Source: an uncultured Planctomycetota bacterium (GTDB lineage: Bacteria; Planctomycetota; Planctomycetia; Isosphaerales; Isosphaeraceae). From it: a stretch of DNA of 64,000 nucleotides. Made by a program: the position numbers and the translations under genes. Position 1 is the first letter of the stretch, and the number at the start of each line of letters is the position of its first letter. Under the pieces are notes generated by a model that had not been told where the DNA came from, ran no database searches, and was given only the letters and a program-made list of their open reading frames with translations. Shown one piece after another: positions 53,759 to 63,774 of the stretch. The stretch lies in contig CAWGMQ010000007.1 of the NCBI GenBank assembly GCA_963823665.1, forward strand, positions 1,053,273-1,117,272. Reading direction: 5' to 3'.

Positions 53759-54822
53759 TCGCCGGGATCGGAACCGCCGTTCCGCCTCATCGAATTCGCC
53801 AGGAGGATGCCGCCGAGATCGCGCAGCAATACTCGTGTGAGGACGAAGCGCAGCGGCGGCTATTCAAGAGCATCTACCGTCGAACGGGTGTGATCACGCG
53901 ACACAGCGTCGTGCTCGAATCGTCCGAAGGCGACCTGGCGGCGCGCCAGTCGTTCTACAACGAGCGGCACCCGACCACACAGGATCGCATGCGGCGCTAC
54001 GAATCCGAGGCGAACGCGCTGGCGTTCGCGGCCGGCGAGCGCGCGCTGGGAGACGCGGGAATCTCTCCGGAACGTGTGACTCATCTCGTGACGGTGTCGT
54101 GCAGCGGCTTCTATGCGCCCGGTTTCGACATCGCGCTGCTCAAACATCTCGGGCTCGGCAGCAAGGTCTCGCGCACGCACGTGGGCTTCATGGGTTGTCA
54201 TGGTGTGCTCAATGGGTTGCGAGTCGCGCGTGCCTTCCTGGACCAGGACCCGCGCGCCTGCGTGCTCGTGCTCGCGCTCGAGATGTGCAGCTTGCATCAC
54301 CAGTATGGGTGGGATTCCGACGGAATCGTGGCGAACGCCCTCTTCGCCGATGGCGCCGCCGCAGTCGTTGCCATGACCGGCGAGCCGTCCGCGCCTGGCC
54401 ATCTTCGCCTGGTCGCCTCGGGTTCGCAGGTGATCGACGATTCCGAAGACGCGATGTCGTGGCGCATCGGCGACCACGGATTCACAATGACACTGTCGCC
54501 GCGAGTTCCCGAGCTGATCTGCCGCAGCATCCGTCCTTTTCTGGAAGGCTGGCTGACCGAGTTTGATCTGGACCTCGACCGCGTCGGCTCGTGGGCCGTT
54601 CACCCGGGCGGCCCGCGCATTCTCTCGGCGTTCGGCGAAGCGACCGGCTTCGATCGCGACCGGCTCAAGGTCTCCTACGAGATCCTGGCCCAATTCGGCA
54701 ACATGTCATCGCCCACCGTGCTTTTCATCATCGACCGCCTCCGCCAGACTCGAGCCCCGCGGCCAATCGTCGCCCTGGCATTCGGCCCCGGCCTGGCGGT
54801 CGAGTCCGTGCTATTGAGTTGA
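53746..54822 (+). CDS. Type III polyketide synthase
   Basis: Catalytic triad GFMGCHG, VHPGG, GNMSSPT; LFADGAAA and AFGPGL. Confidence 0.95.
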   Translation: MPVLIAGIGTAVPPHRIRQEDAAEIAQQYSCEDEAQRRLFKSIYRRTGVITRHSVVLESSEGDLAARQSFYNERHPTTQDRMRRYESEANALAFAAGERALGDAGISPERVTHLVTVSCSGFYAPGFDIALLKHLGLGSKVSRTHVGFMGCHGVLNGLRVARAFLDQDPRACVLVLALEMCSLHHQYGWDSDGIVANALFADGAAAVVAMTGEPSAPGHLRLVASGSQVIDDSEDAMSWRIGDHGFTMTLSPRVPELICRSIRPFLEGWLTEFDLDLDRVGSWAVHPGGPRILSAFGEATGFDRDRLKVSYEILAQFGNMSSPTVLFIIDRLRQTRAPRPIVALAFGPGLAVESVLLS

Positions 54823-54854
54823 GTCGTTTCAACCAGACCCCCGCGGCGGCGCCG

Positions 54855-54915
54855 GTTCGGCGCGGGTCTCGGGCACCCGAACGGTCGCCGCCGTGTGCGC
54901 GACCGTAGGTCTCCC
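54855..54915. repeat. REP-like repeat (GGCGCGGGTCTC...GACCGYAGGTCTCC family)
   Basis: Related copies at about 2582-2632 and 63875-63944. Confidence 0.6.
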
Positions 54916-54952
54916 GCTCCGACGGTCCCGACTGAACACTTCCGGGAAAAGC

Positions 54953-55540
54953 CTACCCGGCGCGTTCCTGGCTGATTAGTTTCTGCCATATCAATTGAGT
55001 TTCATGACTCAACCACGGGTACGCATTGCGATTGATCGCGATGAGCTCGCATCCCTGGCGCGCGTAAAACTTGCAGGCAGCGACATTGGTGTTCTGCGTC
55101 TCGATCTCCACTCGGCGACAGTTCCGCTCGCGCGCCCAAGCGAGGGCGCTCTCGAACAACTGGCGGCCAACGCCCCGTCCGCGAGAGTTCCAATCCACTC
55201 GCAAATCCCACAAGACAGCCGTTTCCCCCGCTCTTCCCGTCAGCACGAGCGACGGCTCGTTGTGAGCAACCGCGGCACCGCCGACTCGTCGCCCGTTTTC
55301 AAATGCCGCGAGGATGCCCCAGCCAGACAGGTTCCAGCGATCGGGCCAACGAGCCGGTCCACCAGTAATGGCGTCATAGTCCTTGATGTTGGGATGGACC
55401 GATTCTTCAACAAGCAAAAGACCCGCCAAGCCTCCTTCTTGGGGCACAACCCGTAACTGGCTTTCGACCCGAAAAGCGATAGGAACGCTCCCGTAAGCCG
55501 CGATTGTCTCAGGGAGCTCGACGCGGATCTGAGTGGGCAT
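54953..55540 (-). CDS. GNAT acetyltransferase (streptothricin acetyltransferase-like)
   Basis: LWDLRV...RGRGVGRQL and IETQNTNVAACKFY..GC motifs. Confidence 0.85.
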   Translation of the reverse strand: MPTQIRVELPETIAAYGSVPIAFRVESQLRVVPQEGGLAGLLLVEESVHPNIKDYDAITGGPARWPDRWNLSGWGILAAFENGRRVGGAAVAHNEPSLVLTGRAGETAVLWDLRVDWNSRGRGVGRQLFESALAWARERNCRRVEIETQNTNVAACKFYARQGCELIAINRNAYPWLSHETQLIWQKLISQERAG

Positions 55541-55550
55541 ACAAGTCAAA

Positions 55551-55682
55551 TCCCTCGTTCCGACGCTCCGCGTCGGAACACTCGCGCCGGACGCTCTGCG
55601 TCCCGAGTCCCGACTGGATCCCCGCCCCTCCCTCGTTCCGACGCTCCGCGTCGGAACGCTCGCGCCGGACGCTCTGCGTCCC
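55551..55682. repeat. Tandem pair of REP-like double hairpins (78-bp period)
   Basis: GTTCCGACGC-TCC-GCGTCGGAAC plus GGACGC-TCT-GCGTCC at 55551-55604 and 55629-55682. Confidence 0.85.
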
Positions 55683-55769
55683 ACCCTTCACGCCAATACC
55701 ACCACCCCGAGTGTGGAATGCGTCGAGCGCATCCTACAGCGCCCATCCGCGATTTGGTACTGTGGAACC

Positions 55770-56204
55770 ATGGCGCTCGATCTCGAAACCATCGATCACG
55801 TGCAGGTGACCGTACCGGCTTCCGTCGCGGCCGAAGCCTTGCGCTTTTACGACGACGTGCTCGGGCTAAAGCGGATCGCGAAGCCGCTGGCACTGGCCCG
55901 CAACGGCGGCGCATGGTATCGCCTCGGGGCACTCGAAGTGCACGTCTCGCCCGAAGACCAGAGCGAAGCGCTCGCCACGAGCAAGCGCCACGTGTGCTAC
56001 CTCGTGCGCGACTTGAAGGACGCGGAATCCGAGCTGGCGCGCCACGGTGTCGAGATCATGCCCGATCGGCAGCCGATCCCAGGCTGGGCGAGATTCTACA
56101 TTCGCGACCCCGGCGGAAACCGCATCGAGATCGCGCAGCGGGTCGTGCCGGCACACCACCTCACGCTTCGAGAAGAAGGAAGTGACGGTGCAGAGCGGCC
56201 CTGA
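55770..56204 (+). CDS. VOC/glyoxalase family protein
   Basis: IDHVQVTV, FYDDVLGL, HVCYLV and FYIRDPGGNRIE motifs. Confidence 0.88.
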   Translation: MALDLETIDHVQVTVPASVAAEALRFYDDVLGLKRIAKPLALARNGGAWYRLGALEVHVSPEDQSEALATSKRHVCYLVRDLKDAESELARHGVEIMPDRQPIPGWARFYIRDPGGNRIEIAQRVVPAHHLTLREEGSDGAERP

Positions 56205-56619
56205 TCTATTCGATCGTGAGCTCGATCCGCAACCGCCGAGCCGGGTTGGCCAGGGCCGCGATACGGTCGTGCCGTTCCAGCGCCTCGTGGTGAATCCATT
56301 TCTAGCCGTGACGGTCTTTGTCATCATCATTGCGCTTTGGCGCGAAGGGGTCACACGGCGATCGCCCGCGCTGTTTCAGCTCGGCGTCGGCCTGGTCCTG
56401 GTCGACGTGTTCCTCGTCCAGTACCACTGCCTCGATTGCGGGGCGACCGGCTGGCTGCTCCGCTACCGCCGGCACGCGTGCCCGACGGTGCTCTCGCGCT
56501 GGCAGCGCGCAGAATGGCGGCGGTTCCGCGGGCCCGGCGTTAAACTTCAACTTGCAGCCTGGCTCATTCTCGTGGCAGCGGCGCTTGTGCTCATACTGAT
56601 CATGTGGATCGCCGGTTGA
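56188..56619 (+). CDS. Hypothetical membrane protein with Cys/His motif
   Basis: Three hydrophobic segments; HCLDCG...HAC. Confidence 0.6.
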   Translation: MQSGPDLFDRELDPQPPSRVGQGRDTVVPFQRLVVNPFLAVTVFVIIIALWREGVTRRSPALFQLGVGLVLVDVFLVQYHCLDCGATGWLLRYRRHACPTVLSRWQRAEWRRFRGPGVKLQLAAWLILVAAALVLILIMWIAG

Positions 56620-56697
56620 TCGGCCGCCGAGTCGAGCCGGCTACAAGGTGTCGTCCTCCGGAATCGACTCTTTACAACTTGGTCCGGAAACGGAAAA

Positions 56698-57678
56698 ATG
56701 GACGGTTTGATTCAAAGAGCCGGAGGGCGAGGGTCATTCGAAGTGCATGAGGAAGCCATCCGCAAGGCGGACGTGCTGATCGAGGCGCTGGGCTTCATCC
56801 GCAAGTTCCACGGCAAGTTCACGGTCATCAAGCTGGGCGGCTCGGTCATGGAAGACCCCGAGACCCTGCGCGATCTCCTGGTCGACATCGTGTTCATGCA
56901 GACCGTCGGCATGCGGCCGGTGATTGTCCACGGCGGCGGCAAAGCGATCACGGTTGCGATGGAGAAGGCCGGGCTCAAGGCCCATTTCGTCCAGGGCCGG
57001 CGCTTCACCGACGAAGCGACGCTCGAAATCGTGGCGCGGGTGCTGGCCGAGGAAATCAACGCCGACATCGAGCGGCACATCAACAAGTTCGGCGGCCGCG
57101 CATCGGGGTTGCATCACAAAACGCATCAATGCCTCTACGGCCGCAAGCTCTGGCTGGAAAACGGCCCCGGAGGGCCCATCGATCTCGGGCGGGTGGGCGA
57201 GGTGAGCGCGGTCGACGTGCCGCCCATCGAGAACCTCTGCCTCGCAGGCGTCGTGCCGGTGCTTCCCTCGCTGGCTGAAGACGAGGAGGCCGAAGGCCAG
57301 CTCTTGAACGTCAATGCCGACACGGCCGCGGCCGCCGTCGCGCGGGCGCTCCAGGCCGAGAAGCTGGTCTTTCTCACGGATACTCCCGGCATTCTCGCCG
57401 ACCGGAACGAACCGAACAGCCTGATCCGGGGTCTGACGCCCACTGAATGCCACGAATTGATTGAGCGGGGCGTCATCGACAAGGGGATGATTCCCAAGGT
57501 CGAGGCTTGCTTGATCAGCATAGAATCCGGCGTTCGCAAGACTCACATTATCGACGGACGCCTGCGCCACTCGTTGCTGCTCGAGATCTTCACCCACAGC
57601 GGAACCGGCACCGAGATCGTCCGCAGCGATAATGGTCAACCAGCGTCTGCTCCGCGCCCGGTCCTCGAAAAACCTTGA
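56698..57678 (+). CDS. argB: Acetylglutamate kinase
   Basis: VIKLGGS, IVHGGG, NVNADTAA, GMIPKV and LLLEIFT motifs. Confidence 0.95.
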   Translation: MDGLIQRAGGRGSFEVHEEAIRKADVLIEALGFIRKFHGKFTVIKLGGSVMEDPETLRDLLVDIVFMQTVGMRPVIVHGGGKAITVAMEKAGLKAHFVQGRRFTDEATLEIVARVLAEEINADIERHINKFGGRASGLHHKTHQCLYGRKLWLENGPGGPIDLGRVGEVSAVDVPPIENLCLAGVVPVLPSLAEDEEAEGQLLNVNADTAAAAVARALQAEKLVFLTDTPGILADRNEPNSLIRGLTPTECHELIERGVIDKGMIPKVEACLISIESGVRKTHIIDGRLRHSLLLEIFTHSGTGTEIVRSDNGQPASAPRPVLEKP

Positions 57679-57744
57679 TCTCTCGGGACGCTTCGCTTCG
57701 CCTTTTCCTCTTGCACAGCAGTCGATCGAACGGGAGTCACTCCT

Positions 57745-59013
57745 TTGCCGCAATTGCAAGCCGCCGGATCGGAATCGCCCACGAGCGCAAACGCGACCAC
57801 AAGCACAACGACGAGCACCAGCGCCACGATCGCCCAGTTCGATCGTTACGTGATACCTAACTATCGCAGGTTCCCCGTCTGCCTCGTTCGCGGCGAGGGA
57901 TCCTGGGTCTGGGACGCCGAGGGCAACCGCTATCTCGACTTCTTCCCCGGATGGGGCTGCAACTTGCTCGGCCACTGCCCCGAGCGGGTCGTTGCGGCGG
58001 TTCGCGAACAGGTCGGCCGGCTGATCCACGTGCCCAACACCTGGTACATGGAGCCCCAGGGTGTGCTGGCCCAGCAGCTCGCCGAACGCGCGTTCGGCGG
58101 TCAAAGCTTCTTCTGTAACAGCGGGGCAGAGGCCAACGAAGCCGCGATCAAGCTGGCGCGGCTCTATGGGCGGAAGCAAAGGCGGTACAAGATCGTCACC
58201 ATGGAAGGGGGCTTTCACGGCCGCACCTTCGGAGCGCTCACCGCGACCGCCCAGCCCAAGTATCACGCCGGCGTCGAGCCCATGGTGCCCGGGTTCGTCT
58301 ACGTTCCCTACAACGACGTCGACGCCGCTGCCTTCGCGGTCGATGACGAGACCGCCGCCGTCCTCGTCGAGCCGGTGCAAGGCGAAGGCGGCATCAACAT
58401 CCCCTCGCCCGATTATCTCGCCGGCTTGCGGAATGTCTGTGATGTGAACGGCGCGCTCCTCATGCTCGACGAGGTTCAAACAGGAATGGGCCGGACCGGG
58501 AAATGGTTTGCATACCAGCATCACGGAGTCGTCCCTGATGTGCTCACGTGCGCCAAAGCCCTGGCCGGCGGCATCGCCGCGGGCGTGATGATGGCGCGGC
58601 CGGAGGTCGCCGCGGCGCTCGTGCCGGGCACGCATGCCGCCACCTTCGGCGGCAACCCGATCGCCTGCCGCGCCGGCAGCGCCGCGATCGAGACCATCGA
58701 ATCAGACGGCCTGCTCGCACGCGGCAGCGACATCGGCGCGCGGTTCCGCATGCACCTCGACAAACTCCGTGCCGAGCTTCCGGAGTTGATCAAGGCAATC
58801 CGCGTGCTCGGCACCATGATCGGCTTCGACCTGCCATTCGACGCCTCGGAAATCGTCGCGGAATGCCTCAAGCGCAAGCTCCTGATCAACGCCACCCACG
58901 GCCACGTGGTGCGCCTGCTGCCGGCCCTGACCATCACCAACGAGCAGATCGACGAAGGTTGCGCCATCCTCCGAGATGTCCTGCGCTCAAATGTAGGTCA
59001 GGCTTCAGCCTGA
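57745..59013 (+). CDS. argD: Acetylornithine aminotransferase
   Basis: NSGAEANEAAIK, FHGRT, EPVQGEGG, DEVQTGMGRTG, AKALAGG and TFGGNP motifs. Confidence 0.93.
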   Translation: MPQLQAAGSESPTSANATTSTTTSTSATIAQFDRYVIPNYRRFPVCLVRGEGSWVWDAEGNRYLDFFPGWGCNLLGHCPERVVAAVREQVGRLIHVPNTWYMEPQGVLAQQLAERAFGGQSFFCNSGAEANEAAIKLARLYGRKQRRYKIVTMEGGFHGRTFGALTATAQPKYHAGVEPMVPGFVYVPYNDVDAAAFAVDDETAAVLVEPVQGEGGINIPSPDYLAGLRNVCDVNGALLMLDEVQTGMGRTGKWFAYQHHGVVPDVLTCAKALAGGIAAGVMMARPEVAAALVPGTHAATFGGNPIACRAGSAAIETIESDGLLARGSDIGARFRMHLDKLRAELPELIKAIRVLGTMIGFDLPFDASEIVAECLKRKLLINATHGHVVRLLPALTITNEQIDEGCAILRDVLRSNVGQASA

Positions 59014-59082
59014 CGATTCTGCCATCCTCGGAGATGTCCTGAGCTCCAAAAAGTAGGTCGGGCTTCAGCCTGACGATTCTGC
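58963..59082. repeat. Tandem duplication (58/60 bp) of the argD 3' end plus a GTAG-type REP
   Basis: GTAG-GTCRGGCT-TC-AGCCTGAC at 58993 and 59053, each preceded by GCCATCCT..GAGATGTCCT. Confidence 0.85.
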
Positions 59083-59145
59083 AAAACAGCGATTCTCGAA
59101 ACGCAAGCGAAATGAAGCCCGTCATCCCTCTTGTTTAATCCAGCC

Positions 59146-60081
59146 ATGCCACGACATTTCGTAGATCTATGGGATCTTTCACCCGATGACGCATCCCGGC
59201 TCATTGCTCATTCGCTCGAGCTCAAGCGCGATGACCAGCAGGGAAAGCGGCCGCCGCGGCTCCCCGGCCGCACGCTCGGCCTGCTCTTCGACAAGCCCTC
59301 GCTGCGCACCCGCGTGAGCCTCGAAGCGGCGATCTCACGACTGGGCGGCGACGCGATCTTCCTGCGCGGCGAGGATGTCGGCCTGGGCATCCGCGAGAGC
59401 GTCGCGGATTTCGCGCGAGTCTTGAGCCAGTACGTCGACGCCTTCGCCGTTCGGACCTTCGCCCATTCAACCGTCGAAGAGCTGGCTCGACACGCCACCG
59501 TGCCGGTGATCAATGCGCTCTCCCACTCCGCCCACCCGTGCCAGGCGATGGCCGATCTGATGACGATCAAGGAATTGCGCGGCACCCTCGAGGGCCAGAA
59601 GCTCGTGTTCATCGGCGACGGCAACAACGTCGCGATGTCGCTGGCGATCGCCTCGGCGCTGCTCGGCGTCCATTTCGTGCTGGCCGCACCCGAGGAATAC
59701 GAGTTTCCCAGCGACTTCCAAACGCGGTTCGCCGCCCGGTTCCCCAAGGTTCCACTCGTCGTCGAGCGCGACCTGCAAAAGGCGGTTCCCGGCGCCGATG
59801 TGGTGTATACCGACGTCTGGATCAGCATGGGTCTCGAGCACGAGGCCGAAGAACGGCGCGCGGTGTTCGCCCCGTACCAGGTCAACGATGATTTGCTCGC
59901 GCTGGCGTCGCGCGACGTCGTCTTCATGCACTGCCTGCCCGCCCGTCGCGGGGAGGAAGTCACATCCGAGGTCCTGGACGGCCCGCATAGCCAGGTGCTG
60001 CTTCAGTCGGCCAATCGCGTTCATCTTCAGATGGCGCTCTTGATGTGGTTGATGGGCGGAGAGGCCACTCCGCCGCAATGA
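59146..60081 (+). CDS. argF: Ornithine carbamoyltransferase
   Basis: KPSLRTR, HPCQ, GDGNNV, DVWISMG and HCLP motifs. Confidence 0.93.
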   Translation: MPRHFVDLWDLSPDDASRLIAHSLELKRDDQQGKRPPRLPGRTLGLLFDKPSLRTRVSLEAAISRLGGDAIFLRGEDVGLGIRESVADFARVLSQYVDAFAVRTFAHSTVEELARHATVPVINALSHSAHPCQAMADLMTIKELRGTLEGQKLVFIGDGNNVAMSLAIASALLGVHFVLAAPEEYEFPSDFQTRFAARFPKVPLVVERDLQKAVPGADVVYTDVWISMGLEHEAEERRAVFAPYQVNDDLLALASRDVVFMHCLPARRGEEVTSEVLDGPHSQVLLQSANRVHLQMALLMWLMGGEATPPQ

Positions 60082-60122
60082 CCGGAAGCACTGCCAGAGA
60101 GATCAAAAGGACGGGCTCGGCG

Positions 60123-60836
60123 ATGAACAGATCCGGCGGCCGCAAGAACGATCAGCTTCGACCCGTGAGCATCGAGCGGGGGTTCATTCGCAACAGCCCG
60201 GGCAGCGTGCTTTATCGCTGCGGCGCGACGGCCGTGCTCGTGACCGCGCAGATCGCCGATTCGGTGCCGCCGTTCCTGGAAGGAAAGTCGCTCGGCTGGC
60301 TCACAGCCGAATACGCCATGCTCCCCGGCAGCTCGACGTCGCGAATCAGGCGCGGGGCCGACGGGCGAGCCACCGAGATCCAGCGCCTGATCGGCCGCAG
60401 TCTCCGCGCGGTGGTCGACCGGCAGGCATTGGGCCCCTGCACGATCCACGTGGACGCCGACGTGCTCAACGCCGACGGCGGCACGCGCACCGCCTCGATC
60501 ACCGCCGCATTCATCGCCATCACCGATGCCCTGCACGCGCGGCTGGGTCGCGAAGCCGCACAAAACGTCTTGCGCGACAGCATCGCCGCCGTGAGCGCAG
60601 GAATCATCGGGGGCGAGGTCGCCCTCGACCTGGACTACAACGAAGACTCAACGGCCGACGTCGACCTGAACGTCGTCCGTCTGGGTACCGGCGGCATGGT
60701 CGAAATTCAGGGCACCGGCGAGGGAGGCACATTCTCCCGCGCCCAGCTCGACGCAATCCTCGACGTGACCGATCGCGGCCTCATCGAGCTCACCCGCCTT
60801 CAGCGCGAGTGCCTGGACGCGAACTGGCCATTTTGA
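60123..60836 (+). CDS. rph: Ribonuclease PH
   Basis: GWLTAEYAMLP, GRATEIQRLIGRSLR, ADGGTRTASIT and EIQGTGE motifs. Confidence 0.95.
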   Translation: MNRSGGRKNDQLRPVSIERGFIRNSPGSVLYRCGATAVLVTAQIADSVPPFLEGKSLGWLTAEYAMLPGSSTSRIRRGADGRATEIQRLIGRSLRAVVDRQALGPCTIHVDADVLNADGGTRTASITAAFIAITDALHARLGREAAQNVLRDSIAAVSAGIIGGEVALDLDYNEDSTADVDLNVVRLGTGGMVEIQGTGEGGTFSRAQLDAILDVTDRGLIELTRLQRECLDANWPF

Positions 60837-61525
60837 GCGGTCTACCTCACAACACCGCTTCGACTCGAGGTCGCGTATTGAACCAAAGACTCCCGAAGAG
60901 TCGCCCATGAAAGATCTTCCTCGAAAACGCTTAAGAAGGCGTTAAGCGAGTGCCGAATATCCTGCATAGCGAGGTCACACTCGCTTAATGTCGCTATCGC
61001 GGGGATCGACTGATCGCGGTGAGTAGACTGCGGGTCGATCTTCCGCGTTAATCACATAAATGAGGCCATTTCCTCGGGTTACAAAAGATCAACGAGGAAA
61101 TGGAATCGGTCGAATAGGACGGCCAGGTCGTTTTAGATAAGTTTCGTCAAGCCCGGCCAGGGTTAGCCTGGCGTCATGGGTTCGTGTTTGGTCCATGCAC
61201 AAGCCCGGCGGACCGGCCACCCGAAGAAGATAACTCGCAAAGCGATCATTCGCGTGTGTGGCCGTGTCCGCTGCGGCGCATCCGAGCGGCGGTTGACACC
61301 TTGCAAAAATTCGCGCAAAACGCTCTGGGCAGGTCGAGAGCTTTATGCTAGGCTCCGGCGGAATAGGGCCGGAACGAGCGTTCTCTGCTCGCCACACATC
61401 CCATCCGGCTTTCATGTCTTGAACCGTTTTGAACACGAACTTCTGAAGGATTCAGGGGTTCTGCGTACACGGCCCGCGATGATGCTCGCGTCATCACCGC
61501 CGGGCCGACTGGAGAGGGATCTCCC

Positions 61526-62698
61526 ATGAAATCGTCGTTTGCCGTTATGGCTTTTGGTGGGGCTCTGGCCGCGGGTATCGTTCTGGGGCCAGCGCCGTTG
61601 TTCGCCCAGGCGCCGGGAGTGTCGCAGACCGTCACACCTCGATCGCCGTTCGGCCCCACGGTGGGCGGAGCCGTACCGGGCGCCGACCGGCCCGTTGCAG
61701 GCGGCACCGGCGTGCGGGAATTGACGCCAGCAAGTGAGTTGAAAGCCCCCCAGCTCGACTTGCCCGACGAGCCCATCGAACCCTACTTGCTCACGAAAGA
61801 CCATGGTCCGTTCATGGTGCTCGCCCGGGTCTTCCGCGGCCCGGACTCCCAGCGCATGGCGATCGCGCTCTGCAAGGAGCTGCGCACGGAGTTTGGCCTG
61901 CCCGCTTACATCTTCCGGAAGAAGGAAAATCCTGGCGGCAGCTTGATTCGCGGCGTGCCTCCGACCGTGCCGAGTCAAGTCACGACCACCGATGTCAAGA
62001 TGCCCGAAAAGATCCGGACGTTCGATGAGGCGGCCGTGCTCGTCGGCAATGAACGGACAACCGCCGATCAAGAGCGGCTCTGGCGCGAGGTGAAGAAGCT
62101 CAAGCCCGCGTGCCTGGAAAAGATGTCCACACCGTTCCCCTGGCGCACCGGGCTCTCGACGGCCCTGCGCACCACCAATCCCTACATTCCGGCCCAGAAC
62201 CTTTATCCCCGCCCCAACGACAAGCTGATGGTCAGGATGAACGGCGGACTGCGCAGCCTCATCCACTGCCCGGGAGCATTCTCGCTCCAGGTCGCGGAGT
62301 TTTCCGGCAGATCGGGGTTCATGTTCGATCCCAAGATGCCGCCAAGTCAAGTCCTGGGGTCCTTGCATAACAGCCCGCTGCGCACCGCGCATGACGATGC
62401 CGAGCGAATGGCCGAGAAGCTCGCCAACGCGCCCGAGATTCGGCAGACCGGTCAGCCTGTCTACGTCTATCACGATCGCACGTCGAGCAAGGTCTTTGTC
62501 GGGGCGTTCAATTCGCCGCAAGACCCCCAGGCCGAGAGGCTGCGGAATTACCTCGTCCAGAACGCGTACAACATGTCGAACAAGAATTCGGAGCTGCCGA
62601 GCAAGAAGCCGCGCGGCAAAGCGGCCACCGACACGATGATCGTCCCGGCGCTCGCGCTCACGGACGTGAACGACCTGAAGGGGAGGATCAAGCAGTGA
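61526..62698 (+). CDS. Secreted hypothetical protein (planctomycete-type, possibly SPOR-like)
   Basis: Signal peptide; host-like codon usage; VYVYHDRTSSKVFVGAFNS. Confidence 0.7.
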   Translation: MKSSFAVMAFGGALAAGIVLGPAPLFAQAPGVSQTVTPRSPFGPTVGGAVPGADRPVAGGTGVRELTPASELKAPQLDLPDEPIEPYLLTKDHGPFMVLARVFRGPDSQRMAIALCKELRTEFGLPAYIFRKKENPGGSLIRGVPPTVPSQVTTTDVKMPEKIRTFDEAAVLVGNERTTADQERLWREVKKLKPACLEKMSTPFPWRTGLSTALRTTNPYIPAQNLYPRPNDKLMVRMNGGLRSLIHCPGAFSLQVAEFSGRSGFMFDPKMPPSQVLGSLHNSPLRTAHDDAERMAEKLANAPEIRQTGQPVYVYHDRTSSKVFVGAFNSPQDPQAERLRNYLVQNAYNMSNKNSELPSKKPRGKAATDTMIVPALALTDVNDLKGRIKQ

Positions 62699-63237
62699 GA
62701 GCCGGGCGCGCCGTGCGCCGGCATGAGTAACGTCCGTCGCACCGCGATCGAACCTCACGGCAGCCGGGAATGGTTCGATCGCGGCGCGATGCAACTGGGA
62801 CCGGCCGGGCCCGAACAGTTGCGGGATCTCCGAATCACGAATAGAAGATCGATTACTTCGCGCAACAGAATTCGCCGAATCGTGCAACTCGAGATTCGCC
62901 AACACCGCCCGCTTTTCATCAGCCAAGGGCCAAGGGCAGTAAACGGCGCCACCCGCCAATGATCCGATCGACGCGCACCAGCCCCCGCGTTCGCTCACGG
63001 CCCACGCACATCGTTCGGCGGCACGGCATCCGCCAAAGCCGACGACGTCGCCCCAGCGTTCTTCGCCCGGGCATCCAACGCCGCCCTCTGCTCCCGCTCC
63101 CGCGCCTCCGCACGCGACCGAAACCACTCCCTCCGCCTGAGCTCCTTCCACGCCTCCCACCGCTCGTGTTCCGTCAGTGGCCGTGCTTCCGGCTTGGCCG
63201 AACCTCCACTTCCAACCACCTCCCCACCACCCGCCGG

Positions 63238-63373
63238 AATTGGCTTCGTTTCCAAAGAAATTGGGTTCGTTTGACAACCGTCAAGTCCCGAAACATCGCC
63301 GGAATTCGCCGGAACTTCAATAGTTACTTCATGTTGTGCTGTAAGCTCGTCATCACACAAATTGGCTTCGTTT
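63238..63373. repeat. Three copies of AATTGG(C/G)TTCGTTT
   Basis: At 63238, 63259 and 63360; the minus strand reads QTNPI / ETKPI / ENEAN. Confidence 0.6.
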
Positions 63374-63745
63374 TCGCATTTTTCCTCCGTTTCGGCGGCG
63401 GCGCCGCCCTCTTGGGCACCGGTGGCGGCATGCTCGCGGTCGACCCGAGCTGACCAGTCCCCAGCGCCGTCGCCCATCCCTTCATCGCACCCAAGATCAC
63501 CACCTTCCGCCAGCTCCTCCTGCGTGACTGCACCCACACGCTCCGCGTGTGTCCCGCCTTTCTCAGGATCAGAGCTCCCCGCTCCAGGACTCGGCACATC
63601 GTCCTCCACCGCAGCCGCAGGCTCGACCTCGCAGTCGCCGCCACCCGCAACGCCGATGTACCTCTCGGGCAGATACCCCCCGCACGCAAGAACGTCCGAT
63701 TCCTCAACCACAACCGACTCCCACCCGCGGCGCTTTTCCTTCGAA

Positions 63746-63774
63746 GTAGCAGGCACACTCCGTGTGCCGTCCGC
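63746..63774. repeat. GTAG-type REP
   Basis: GTAGCA-GGCACAC-TCC-GTGTGCC-GTCCGC; same family as the cheA-internal copies. Confidence 0.75.

Noticed and set aside
59146..60081. N-acetyl- or succinyl-ornithine transcarbamylase because of SLRT instead of STRT
   Set aside because: The SMG loop (DVWISMG), HPCQ and HCLP fit ordinary ornithine carbamoyltransferase
56734..63277. Long antisense ORFs (e.g. 56734-58635, 61412-63277, also 9036-10091, 23239-24339, 47528-48835)
   Set aside because: Shadow ORFs opposite well-supported genes, as expected in high-GC DNA
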